The notes beneath the pieces are model-generated. The model was not told where the DNA came from. It searched no databases and saw only the letters and a program-made list of their open reading frames with translations. A DNA stretch of 63,657 nucleotides, the filler included, from Octopus bimaculoides (taxonomy: Eukaryota): NCBI RefSeq assembly GCF_001194135.2. It is 5 parts of 4 records of this genome, joined end to end, with 100 filler letters (N's around TTAATTAATTAA, not from the genome) between each part and the next. Parts side by side here need not be neighbours in the genome. Positions count along the whole stretch, not along the records: positions 1 to 10,961 come from NC_068986.1; 4 more parts are not named here. One strand, given 5' to 3'. A program made the position numbers and the translations under genes. Positions 1 to 11,017 of this stretch are shown in pieces (position 1 is the first letter of the stretch; every line of letters starts with the position of its first letter).

Positions 1-3000
1 ACTCATATCACCATTATTTTTTTTTCTCCCCACATTTTTCTTCTCCTTAATTCATTTTCTGAATTGTAAAGAAATGTGATATATCCCCCCACACCTCTAC
101 CACATCTCCCCCCCTTTTTTTTCTTTCTCTCTCTTTCACTTATGTTTAATTATTATTAAGGATTGCTTTGTGTTTCTTAATCCTGTTATGAATTTATCAA
201 ATATTTTACTGATTTATTTAAAAAAACAAAAATTTACTCCACTAGAATCATTGAAATTAAAGTAAGTTTAATTTTTATTTATGCTATTCCTATGCTAATT
301 TTTATCATAACTGTTGCTAGGTTACAACTTCAAAGCAATGGGTGGTGTTTTTTTTTTTAACAATTTCTTTTTTTAAACACATACACATGCATGCTGCCCT
401 ACATGTATTTGCTGAGATTTTGCAAGTAAGCTTTTTTTGTCCACATAAAAAAGTTAGTTAACTATCTCAGTATAAGAAAATGAAGAGCAGGTTGTAAGAA
501 TGCAAGCGCAACAAGAAATAGAATTAATCAATTCTCAAATTTGGGCTTAATTATTTAGTTTGATGAAGTGGAAGTTTCAGTTTAGAACTTTTCACTTTTT
601 ACTGTTCATATGACTTTAATGGCATGGCATGAAGATTATCTGTGATTTCTGGTCATCCATTTAATGTACCTCACGTGTAAATGTTTAGAATCTTCTGGTT
701 ATTTTGATAAGATTAAACCATTTGTATTAATCTACATAGATCCCTGCACATCTGTTGACAGTTAGCTAACTAATTACTTGAAATTAATGAACACTAAGTG
801 ATACTACTACTGCTAATAGTAATAATGGATCTCTGTAACACAACAAAATTACTCTATCTTGAGAGTTTATTAATAGAAACAAATCCTTTCATTTCATTTG
901 TCACTAATAACCACCCCTGAGAAAGATATAAATGCTATTCAATTTCAATTTGTCTTTTTACTTACAGAAAGAACTTAGTTATATAATACACTGCTCTTCA
1001 CAAACATTTCTCGTTTATAGCTGGAAATATTCCTGTAAGGCAATGTCATTGATTTCATTGTTCATAAAGGTTTTTGTGGTAATTTCATTGTAATTAATTT
1101 GTGCCCTTCATTAATAATCTTAGCAATACTGAACTCTGACCATTTGTTTAAGGCCAATCCTCAACTATGATAATCTTGCTTCAGCTAGCTTTGTGGTACT
1201 AAAGCTAGGTGAGTGAGTTACCTATTACTTTTTAGTATCTTTCCAGCTAGAAAATTTAAGGGCAGACATCTCAATTGGTATGATTAATTAGTGAGTCAGT
1301 GATCAACTAATGAGTGAAAAAAAAAATGTTTAAACTAAACTAGCTTAGTGACATCATAAGAACAGTTTCAAATTACTGCTTAATATGCCCACCATTGGAC
1401 TAAAACACACCCACGCACACATGTGCACACACTGAAAACTGTTCTTATCTACCTCTGCCAAATGTTGAATAAACATAAAAAGATGCTTTTTTTTTTCACG
1501 GACCAATAAAATTCCAACCATTTCGTTTTGGAATGTCCCTGCAGCCATTTCAGTGTGGTGCGTATGTCTCACACACAAAGATATCTATATTTTATAGGGT
1601 GCTTAGAATTATTCTAGTGTTTATGTTCATTTTTTTTTTCCCCTCTCAAATCTGTGTGAAGAGTGTGTGTGTGTGTGTGTATGTATAGCTGTCCTGTCTA
1701 TTATGTAAGATATCTCTCTCTTCAACTGTCTTTTCATAAACTCCAAGGAAATGTGTGTTTGTTTGTATGTATGTATGTACACTTAAATTCATAACGCTGA
1801 ATTTGTGCATGCATATCAATTTTGTCCGAGTAAATTATTCCAATATCTATTCTCTTTCTTTCTTTCTCTCCACAACTTAAATGTTTTCATCTGACATTTC
1901 CAGTTATCCTTTGATTCCTATCTTCACATTACACATCTCGTATTTCATTGTTCTCAAGGGTAGTGACATATAATCAATGTGGTGCATGTACATTTGTGTA
2001 TGCCTCCTCGTACATACAGCAGGATTATCTCTTAGCCTGCATTTTTTAGTTTATTTTTCTAAACCTGTGTGAATATGTCTGTCTGAGAGTGTGTCTACTT
2101 GCTAGCATGTCTGAGTGTATGTATGTGCGTGTATTAGTATGAATTGGTGTAGCTGCCCGTTTATGAAAAGCCAAGCTTTCTGCCAAACTTCCAACTCTTC
2201 AGCCTTCTATTGTAAGGTAAGGCTTTGTTATGAGGGTGTTTTGATGTTAATTGCTTTATGGATTAAGTCAATAAAAGGATGGTGAATAGTCACAACTATT
2301 GATATTTCATAGCACATCATTTCAACTGACCACTTTCTTCAGTTCTGCTGTCATCATCACATGCACTCTGCATTCTCCTTCAGAATTTGTACATCTCATT
2401 AACCCTCTTCCTTCATCATTATCATCCATTTTCTTCCGACAAGAAGCAGGGTGGGTGNNNNNNNNNNNNNNNNNNNNNNNNNNNNNNNNNNNNNNNNNNN
2501 GAAATTTTTATTTTTTATTTTTTAAATGGCCCACTTAACTCATACAGTGCACCAGTCACGTCAGCCAACCAAAAGACAGTAAATTATATGCAACAGCCAT
2601 GCTTTGCTCCTAGCCGTCCTCCACCTCATTCCCAGGGTATCTCTGCGGAAAGGACAGGACCACTGATATGCAGGCTAGTAGCAGCAGTAGTAGCAGTTGC
2701 TATGTGTAAATCAATTGTATTAAAACTTTTAAAAAAAAATTATAAAAAAAAAAGACAGGGAAAATATTTGGAAAAAAAAAAAAAATTCAAAGGAATATAT
2801 ATATAAAAAGTAAAAATGAAAACAAAAATTATTCCAATTGTACAGACTGTCAGACTGTAATAAAGTTTCAGATCACTGAATTGTATTTCTGTTTTGTATT
2901 TTTATATTTTTAAAAGATTGTTTCAAGTTTTTATATAAAAAAGGTAAGTTGGTGATATATCAAAGCACTAAACGCTGTTTTGGTCAGTTCAACATTCAGC

Positions 3001-3134
3001 TGGTTGCCAGTGTTTCATTGGGAAATTGCATGAATTTCACAGATGTATTCCAAGAAGACTTGTATCTAAGTGTTCTGCATGTTGGCCTGTTTGTTAAATG
3101 CTTATGAGCTGGAAGCTAAATGGCATAACTAACT

Positions 3135-3360
3135 TTAACCCTTTAGCATTTAAACTGGCCATGTCCAGCCTAAACATTCTACTTGTTTTATGTTCAAACT
3201 GCCCACATCTGGCCTCTCACACCAACCCTACAAAGTCATTCTAAAAATAAACAACCACATCATCAAAATCTCAGAGCTACGACGATGTATGATTAATTCA
3301 AAATGGTGTGAATAAATAAGCATTACATTTGACAGAATAATTTGAAAGCTAAAGGTTTAA
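3135..3360. mobile_element. piggyBac-type MITE (~218 bp) with TTAA target-site duplication
   Basis: TTAA (3135-3138) + CCCTTTAGCATT at the left; AAAGCTAAAGGT + TTAA (3357-3360) at the right; imperfect TIRs starting CCC, no coding capacity. Confidence 0.8.
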
Positions 3361-4026
3361 GCATTGTCAGATGGCAGGAATAGTTTATTAATGTACCTGT
3401 TTGTATCAAAGAAACAAACCTTCTGCTGCATCTGCTTGATTTGAACTACAAATAACCCTATCAAGCCCTGTTCCAACTATAGTAAGAATAACTTAATTGC
3501 CATCTCTGCTGGATCCTTGCTAAAGTGGTAATGAACAATATGCATAGAAAAAGCAGATAAAATACTAAAATTAGACAATGGATCATGTTGCAGTTTTATA
3601 GTCAAGTATGTTTATGACTCATTGTTAATAGTGTCCTCCACAGTTGTTTACTTACGTTTTTAGTTTGGAAAAAATAAAAAATAAATAAACGAACCCAACA
3701 CTTCATCTTGTAAACAAGCAAGACCTAGACTCTTTGCAGTTGAGGAAATCATTAATGATATTTATTCTTCAGGTGAAGAGTTTACACTTATTGCCAGAAA
3801 TGAATGATTTGGGCAATGAAACTGGTGAAAGTGATAAGGAAAGTAGTGATTCATGTGAATTAAATACAGTAGTTGAGAGATATTCTTATTCTTGTTATTC
3901 TCCTGAATATTTTGTGATTCTGTCCATTAATGTACCTAACAAATATGGCAGTTGAAAGATAAGCCTATTATTGTTATTCTTCTGAATTTGTGTGAGATTT
4001 TGTCCACTAGTTTGCTTGTGTTTGCA

Positions 4027-4895
4027 GTGTAGTGTCAGTGTGCATACTCGACAGAGTGTAAGTTCCTTGAGAGAAAAGTTAGACCTAAGAAGCATCAGTT
4101 GTGATGTGCAAAAGTGACGATTGCGCTGGTATGGACATGTGGCAAGAATGGATAAGGATAGCTGTGTGAAAAACTGCTACACCCTAGCGGTTGGGGAACC
4201 TGTGGAAGAGGTAGACCCTGGGATGAGGTGGTGAAGCATGACCTTTGAACTTTAGGCCTCACCGAGGCAATGACCAGTGACCGGGACCTTTGTAAATATG
4301 CAGTACGTGAGAAGACCCGGCAAGGCAAGTGAGAGCATAATCTGTGATCTCTGCTAGAAGTGTAGCCAGCTCACTAATCCGTATCTTTATTTCATTGGAC
4401 ACTAAAAACCCTGCTTGCGTAGACCTGTTGAGGCAAGTGAATCTGAAATTTGAAATCGAAATCGAACCGAATCTGACGACTGGCACCCATGTGAACCTCT
4501 CCTTTATTGGACACTAAACTCTGCTTGCGACGACCTGTTGGGGCAAGTGAAATCGTAATTGAACCATACTCGATGACTGGCACCGTGCCAGTGAAGCACT
4601 AACAGCACTGTTGAGCGTGTTCATTGCCAGAGCAGCTGTCTGGCTTCCGTGCTAGTGGCCCGTAAATAGCCCCATTTGAGCATAATCGTTACCAGCGTTG
4701 CCTTCTAGCACTTGTGCTGGTGGCACGTTAGAAAATCATTCGAGCGAGGTCATTGCCAGTGCCGCTGGACTGGCTCTCGTACAGGTGGCACATAAAAAAC
4801 ACCTTTTTGAGCGTGGCCGTTGCCAGTACCATGTGACTAACCCTCGTGCCGGTGGCACGTAAAAGCGCCCACTACACTCTCGGAGTGGTTGGCAT
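4027..4895 (+). mobile_element. 5'-truncated RTE-clade LINE (ORF2 C-terminus + 3' UTR), runs into gap
   Basis: + strand translates to LREKLDLRSISCDVQK*RLRWYGHVARMD (RTE C-terminal RWYGHV motif); the 3' UTR closely matches the reverse complements of 43002-43615 and 59931-60480. Confidence 0.9.
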
Positions 4896-5206
4896 NNNNN
4901 NNNNNNNNNNNNNNNNNNNNNNNNNNNNNNNNNNNNNNNNNNNNNNNNNNNNNNNNNNNNNNNNNNNNNNNNNNNNNNNNNNNNNNNATATATATATATA
5001 TGTAAGTATATATATATGTGTATATAAACATGTATGTATATATATATATGTATGTATATATACATATATATATATATGTAAGTATATATATATGTGCATA
5101 TATATATGTGTGCATATATATGTATACATGTATATGTATATATATCTATGTATGTGTATATGTATGTATATATATATATGTATATACATGTATGTATATA
5201 TATATA

Positions 5207-5410
5207 GGGGGAAAATTCACAGAAAAATAAAGGACGTAGACAGGTGGTGTAGAAAAAAAACAGATATATTAGCATAATGCTGGGAAAGTGAAAAAGTCTT
5301 TAACGTTTTGAGCCTACGCTCTTCCACAGAAAGGAACATGAAAAGAAACAAGGAGAGAAACAAGTAGAGACAAAAAGAATGTGTAGTGGCTAGCGATCTA
5401 TCATGGCGAA
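5207..5410 (-). mobile_element. ~200 bp Penelope-LTR-like repeat with degenerate hammerhead motif (copy 1)
   Basis: Aligns with 22489-22682; minus strand 5333-5298 reads CTTT CTGTGGA A GAGC GTAG GCTC AAAAC GTT AAAG; abuts a (TA)n tract. Confidence 0.55.
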
Positions 5411-5721
5411 TGCTGGACAGAAGCGTCACACAGGAGAGATAATAAAGTCGTAGTGATCCCAAAACGAAGGTGCGCATGCGTGTGTGTAAGAGAGTTCGTA
5501 TGTGCATGTGAAAGAGTGCTGGTGATCTTGACATGTGCATGTATATATATATGTATGTATGTATATGTAGAGACAATTGAGATTCAGTTGAATTAGGTAC
5601 TTAAGTTGAAGCACCAGATCAGTCCGGTATTATCCGCACAGCTTGAAGTAAAGTGAATAAAGCCAAAATGAACAACAGGATATCAAGTATGTAGTATGAC
5701 CAGTTGCATTGAATAAGTACC

Positions 5722-5848
5722 AATAGAATAAGTACTAGGGTTACAAAGAATAAACTCTGGGATCGAGTTGCTTGACTATAAAGGCAGTACTCCAGCATGG
5801 CCACAGTCAAATGACTGAAACAAGTAAAAGAGTGAAGAGTAGAAGAAT
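5722..5848 (+). mobile_element. SINE family A, 3' fragment
   Basis: gaataagtactagg...ccagcatggccacagtcaaatgactgaaacaagtaaaagag matches the 3' end of the full copy at 6498-6946. Confidence 0.85.
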
Positions 5849-6158
5849 ACTCCTTTACTCTTTTACTTGTTTCAGTCATTCGACTGCAGTCTCTTTTGCC
5901 GAACTGCTAAGTTACGGGGACGTAAACACACCAGCATTGGTCGTCAAGCGATGTTGGGGGAACAAACACAGACACACACACATATACATATATATGATGG
6001 GCTTCTTTCAGTTTCTGTCTACCAAATCCACTCACAAGGCTTTGGTTGGCCCAAAGCTATAGTAGAAGATACTTGCCTAAGGTGCCACGCAGTGGGACTG
6101 AACCCGGAACCATGTGGTTGGTGAGCAAGCTACTTACCACACAGCCACTCCTGCGCCT
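5849..6158 (-). mobile_element. SINE family A, internally deleted copy
   Basis: Reverse complement of the tRNA-like head (aggcgcaggagtggctgtgtggtaag...gggttcagtccc), ccttaggcaagt core, internal microsatellite and aaagag tail. Confidence 0.9.
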
Positions 6159-6497
6159 ATGATAAACATAAAATAGGATAACACCATACATTGACCACAG
6201 TTTGTGTGATAAATACAAGATGAACAATCACAGATAGAATGACTTTTATCTGAGGTATGCATAATCAAGGCTGACCTTCATTTAAACAACAATGGTATAG
6301 GCCACTGGTAATACTACTTATTTCTACTATTCATACTTGATTACAGTGTGAAGGTGCTCAAGTTTATGAATGTGTAAAATTCAGAACTGTAAACCAAATA
6401 GATATAAAATAAAATAAAAATGCTGGATCATCAGTTCTGTAATTAACTTTGAAAGAAGGTTTTTATTTTTATTTTTTCCTCATATTTTATTTTTTCC

Positions 6498-6663
6498 AGG
6501 CGCAGGAGTGGCTATGTGGTAAGTAGCTTGCTTACCAACCACATGGTTCCGGGTTCATTCCCACTGTGTGACACCTTGGGCAAGTGTCTTCTACTATAGC
6601 CTCGGGCCGACCAAAGCCTTGTGAGTGGATTTAGTAGACGGAAACTGAAAGAAGCCCGTTGTA

Positions 6664-6703
<40 letters not shown>

Positions 6704-6946
6704 TGTATGTGTGTGTATATGTTTGTGTGTCTGTGTTTGTCCCCCCAACATCACTTGACAACTGATGGTGGTGTGTTTATGTCCCCGTAACTTAGCAGTT
6801 CGACAAAAGAGACCGATAGAATAAGTACTAAGCATCCAAAGAATAAGTCCTGGGGTTGATTTGCTCGACTAAAGGCGGTGCTCCAGCATGGCCGCAGTCA
6901 AATGACTGAAACAAGTAAAAGAGTAAAAGAGTAAAGAGTAAAGAGT
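6498..6946 (+). mobile_element. SINE family A, full length (tRNA-derived head, CORE-like ccttgggcaagt, internal (TA/TG)n, (AAAGAGT)n tail)
   Basis: A-box-like TGGCTATGTGG and B-box-like GGTTCATTCCC; about ten related copies in the window. Confidence 0.92.
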
Positions 6947-7872
6947 ATATAATAGATGAATTAAGATATATTAAGAATCAAAATAGAAAAGTGAGTGATT
7001 CTATTTAAAGGGATAACTGAGTGATATAAAAAGTACTATAATATCATAATTTAAATTTGACAAATTCATGTTGTGCAATTAATTATCTTTTTATCTAGTT
7101 ACTCTTTAAAATCAATTGTTAAATATATTTATGTTTACAATTTCACAATAAAGGTCTGATGTTTGTAAACTACACCTATAATAAAGTTGTTCTTCTTGAT
7201 TTATGAATTTAATGATCTTACTAGAAAAAAAGGATATTAGCATTACACAACATTAACCCATCCCCAACATCTGCTATAAATCTCAAAGATCATATCAAAT
7301 AAATCATTTATTCAACGAGCTCATTGCACAAGCACAGATTCAGCAATCACCTGGTTGTCTAAATTGCATTTAAGATAGGTTGCGTCACTTTTCCGTGAAG
7401 TCTTTGTCTTTGCTGAGATAAGAACTTGTAACTCATGAGCAACAAAGACACGTTATCTTATCCACTTGGCCACTTCAACTGTGATATTTTTGCAGGAGCC
7501 AAAAGAGCAACAATCAAAGAAAAGAAAAGGAAAAAATCTGCAGAAAACTGCTCAATTTCTGGAACAGGATAAGTGTTACTGGCTTTTATATGTCAAAGCA
7601 CTTATCAAACAAACTTCCCTGAGAAACAAACAGCTGTTCTTAACAATTCAACAACAGTTACTCTTTATGTCGGACTATTACGGTAAAACTTTCATTGGTG
7701 ATTGTAGAGAAAGAATTGAACGGTCAGAAAGTATAGATTCTAGATATCAGTGCTGATATCAACTCTAAATCTTGAAATTACAATGGGAATTAAGGTCATT
7801 TGTATTTTTTTGTAATAAATCAAAGATATTTGGTCAATAATGAATTTAAATTCAAATGCATTATACCATTAT

Positions 7873-8253
7873 GTGGAGGCGCAATGGCCCAGTAGTTAGG
7901 GCAGCGGACTCATGGTCATAGGATCATGGTTTCAATTCCCAGATCGGGCGTTATGAGTGTTTATTGAGCGAAAACACCTAAAGATCCACAAGGCTCCGGC
8001 AGGTGGTGGTGGTGAACCCTGCTGTACTCTTTCACCACAACTTTCTTTCACTCTTACTTCCTAATTCTGTCGTGCCTGTAATTCAAAGGGCCGGCCTTGT
8101 CACACTGTGTCACGCTGAATCTCCCCGAGAACTACATTAAGGGTACACGTGTCTGTGGAGTGCTCAGCCACTTGCAAGTTAATTTCACGAACAGGCCGTT
8201 CCGTTGATCGGATCAACTGGAACCCTCGATGTTGTAAGAGACGAAGTGCCAAC
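7873..8253 (+). mobile_element. SINE family B, full length, CpG-decayed
   Basis: tRNA-like head ggaggcgcaatggcccagtagttagg...gtttcaattccc; matches 9342-9638 and 51581-51964; flanked by ATACCATTAT (7863-7872) / ATACCAGTAT (8254-8263), a probable TSD. Confidence 0.9.
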
Positions 8254-8401
8254 ATACCAGTATATCTTGTTATACCATTATATCTTGTTATAGTTTACCA
8301 TCCACCTGTCTCAGAAGCAGATAAGGAGAAGGATATGTTTGATATAGTGAATAAAACCATTATGAATTGATATTTGATCTTATGTACTAATATCAATGCA
8401 G

Positions 8402-8510
8402 GCACATGGCCTAGTGAGAAGAGTTGCTCAGCTCATGGTTCATGAATTTAATTCCTGGATCAGGTGCTGCTTTATGTCGTTGAGCAAGGCATTTCATTTC
8501 ATACAAGTGA
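8402..8510 (+). mobile_element. SINE head fragment (tggcctagtg...ttgagcaaggcatttcatttc), related to 62045
   Basis: A-box-like start and CORE-like ttgagcaag(g/a)cac motif shared with 62045-62140. Confidence 0.5.
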
Positions 8511-8551
8511 AGGTGTGTAGCTTAGTGGGTAGAGTATTCAGCTCATGATTG

Positions 8552-8802
8552 ATGCAGAACACTTGGTGGGAGGATCTTGCTCGTGATGTTCAGGCTGCTG
8601 CTGATGCAAATGACAGCAAGAAGCTTTACCATCTTATGAAGCGAGCTTTTGGACCTAAGAGCTCCACATCAGCTCCTTCGCTTTCCAAGGAGTCTTCCAC
8701 CCTGTTTACTAAATCAACAGAAATCACAGGTCGCTGGATCGACCACTTCTCTGAACTCCTAAACCATGAGTCAGTTGTGGATGAAACAGTGATTGATACT
8801 AT
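8552..8802 (+). mobile_element. RTE (BovB-like) LINE ORF2 fragment, EN-RT linker, runs into gap
   Basis: WWEDLARDVQAAADANDSKKLYHLMKRAFGP...RWIDHFSELLN is typical of the RTE ORF2 region upstream of the RT. Confidence 0.8.
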
Positions 8803-9341
8803 NNNNNNNNNNNNNNNNNNNNNNNNNNNNNNNNNNNNNNNNNNNNNNNNNNNNNNNNNNNNNNNNNNNNNNNNNNNNNNNNNNNNNNNNNNNNNNNNNN
8901 NNNNNNNNNNNNNNNNNNNNNNNNNNNNNNNNNNNNNNNNNNNNNNNNNNNNNNNNNNNNNNNNNNNNNNNNNNNNNNNNNNNNNNNNNNNNNNNNNNNN
9001 NNNNNNNNNNNNNNNNNNNNNNNNNNNNNNNNNNNNNNNNNNNNNNNNNNNNNNNNNNNNNNNNNNNNNNNNNNNNNNNNNNNNNNNNNNNNNNNNNNNN
9101 NNNNNNNNNNNNNNNNNNNNNNNNNNNNNNNNNNNNNNNNNNNNNNNNNNNNNNNNNNNNNNNNNNNNNNNNNNNNNNNNNNNNNNNNNNNNNNNNNNNN
9201 NNNNNNNNNNNNNNNNNNNNNNNNNNNNNNNNNNNNNNNNNNNNNNNNNNNNNNNNNNNNNNNNNNNNNNNNNNNNNNNNNNNNNNNNNNNNNNNNNNNN
9301 NNNNNNNNNNNNNNNNNNNNNNNNNNNNNNNNNNNNNNNNN

Positions 9342-9638
9342 TTTATTGAGCGAAAACACCTAAAGCTCCACGAGGCTCTGGCAGGGGATGGTGGCGAACC
9401 CTGCTGTACTCTTTCACCACAACTTTCTCTCACTCTTTCTTCTTGTTTCTGTTGTGCCTGTAATTCAAAGGGTCAGCCTTGTCACACTGTGTCACGCTGA
9501 ATATCCCCGAGGACAACGTTAAGGGTACACGTGTCTGTGGATTGCTCAGCCACTTGCAAGTTAATTTCACAAGCAGGCTGTTCCGTTGATCGAATCAACT
9601 GGAACCCTCGACGTTGTAAGCGACAGAGTGCCAACAAC
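9342..9638 (+). mobile_element. SINE family B (5' end in gap)
   Basis: tttattgagcgaaaacacctaaagctccacgagg...gagtgccaacaac, close match to 7873 and 51581 copies. Confidence 0.9.
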
Positions 9639-9664
9639 TAGGGAGAGATATATAGTCGATTAAG

Positions 9665-9780
9665 TGAAGACTAGTATTTTACTAGTACATTATTTTATCG
9701 ACGCCGAAAGAATTAACGCTAATCTAATCATGGCGGAATTTGAACTCAGAAACTAATGTGCCGAAATTAAATGCCGCTAG
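9665..9780 (-). mobile_element. SINE family C, diverged fragment
   Basis: ttttatcgac...ggcggaatttgaactcagaa motif shared with 50341-50977. Confidence 0.6.
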
Positions 9781-10320
9781 TAGTTTTTTTTCCCCAACGC
9801 ACTTGTAATTCCGACAACCTGCTTTTGAAAATATAATTTTAAGTCGCTGCTTTTATATTCAAGGGCTGATACTCTTTCTAAATTAATAAGATTTATCTCC
9901 CTTGTAACAGACAACCTGATGAATAACAAATATTGTTCCAGTGAAAAATAATGTTATAAGAATAACGTTTGTTATGTAATAGAATAAAAGCATTAAATAG
10001 TATTGAATTTACAAAAATAAATAGATAAATAAATAAAAACAAAATTGGATTAATTTAAATGATATTTATTATTGATGTCTATTTTATACAGTTCAGAGGG
10101 ATAGAAGACGATGTCGACCCAGAAAAATATGAATTCTGAGCTTGATAGCATTAGACACGGAACTAGAGAACATAAAGTGAGAAATTTGGCCTTTTATCCC
10201 AGTCCTAACTCCTTCATTCTGACATTATGAAATGACGTCAGGTTGAGAGATGGAGCACAATGACAAATTTTTAGTCAATGAGTTTCAAGTCAGTTTGTGC
10301 ATTGTGTCGACTTATTTATT

Positions 10321-10732
10321 TACTCTTTACTCTCTCTTTTACTTTTTTACTTGTTTCAGTCATTTGACTGTGGCCATGCTGGAGCATCACCTTTAGTCGA
10401 GCAAATCGACCCTAGGACTTATTCTTTGGAAACCTAGTACTTATTCTGTCGGTCTCTTTTGCCGAACCGCTAAGTTACGGGGACGTAAACACATCAGCAT
10501 TTGTTGTCAAGCGATGTTGTGGGGGACAAACACAGATGCACAAACATATACACACACCCACACACATATATATATACACATATGTATATACGACGGGCTT
10601 CTTTCAGTTTCCGTCTACTAAATCCACTCAAAAGGCTTTGGTCGGCCCAAGGCTATAGTAGAAGACACTTGCCCAAGATGCCACGCAGTGGGAATGAACC
10701 CGGAACTATGTGGTTGGTATGCAAGCTACTTT
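10321..10732 (-). mobile_element. SINE family A, near full length
   Basis: Reverse complement of 6498-6946 structure, lacking about 25 nt at the 5' end. Confidence 0.9.
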
Positions 10733-11005
10733 ATTTCATTAAATATTTGCCATAAAAGCATTACAAAGAGGGGACGAACAAGGACAGACAAACATAAAAG
10801 GAGTGAAGCTGTATCGATTAAATATTTACAATTTTAAATATACAATAATAATTTGGTTATATTTACAATGTTCGATTAAAGCATTGCTCATTACAGATGC
10901 AATTTGTAATGGCTTTACTGAAGGATAGGCATCCGACCACCAGGGTAGACCCCTTGCTTTTNNNNNNNNNNNNNNNNNNNNNNNNNNNNNNNNNNNNNNN
11001 NNNNN

Positions 11006-11017
11006 TTAATTAATTAA
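11006..11017. other. Assembly linker TTAATTAATTAA in a 100 bp gap (also 34176-34187, 47798-47809, 59144-59155)
   Basis: Identical 12-mer between two ~44-N runs at four sites; palindrome with stop codons in all six frames. Confidence 0.95.

Noticed and set aside
3734-3955. Acidic ORF (NETGESDKESSDS), faintly like a piggyBac transposase N-terminus
   Set aside because: Too short and low-complexity; no catalytic motifs or TIR nearby to support it
6498-6570. tRNA-like sequences (A/B boxes) at SINE heads
   Set aside because: No complete cloverleaf; each continues into SINE body, so none is called a tRNA gene
11006-11017. Recurrent TTAATTAATTAA palindrome (4 sites)
   Set aside because: Always centred in a 100 bp gap with ~44 Ns each side; an artificial six-frame-stop scaffold linker
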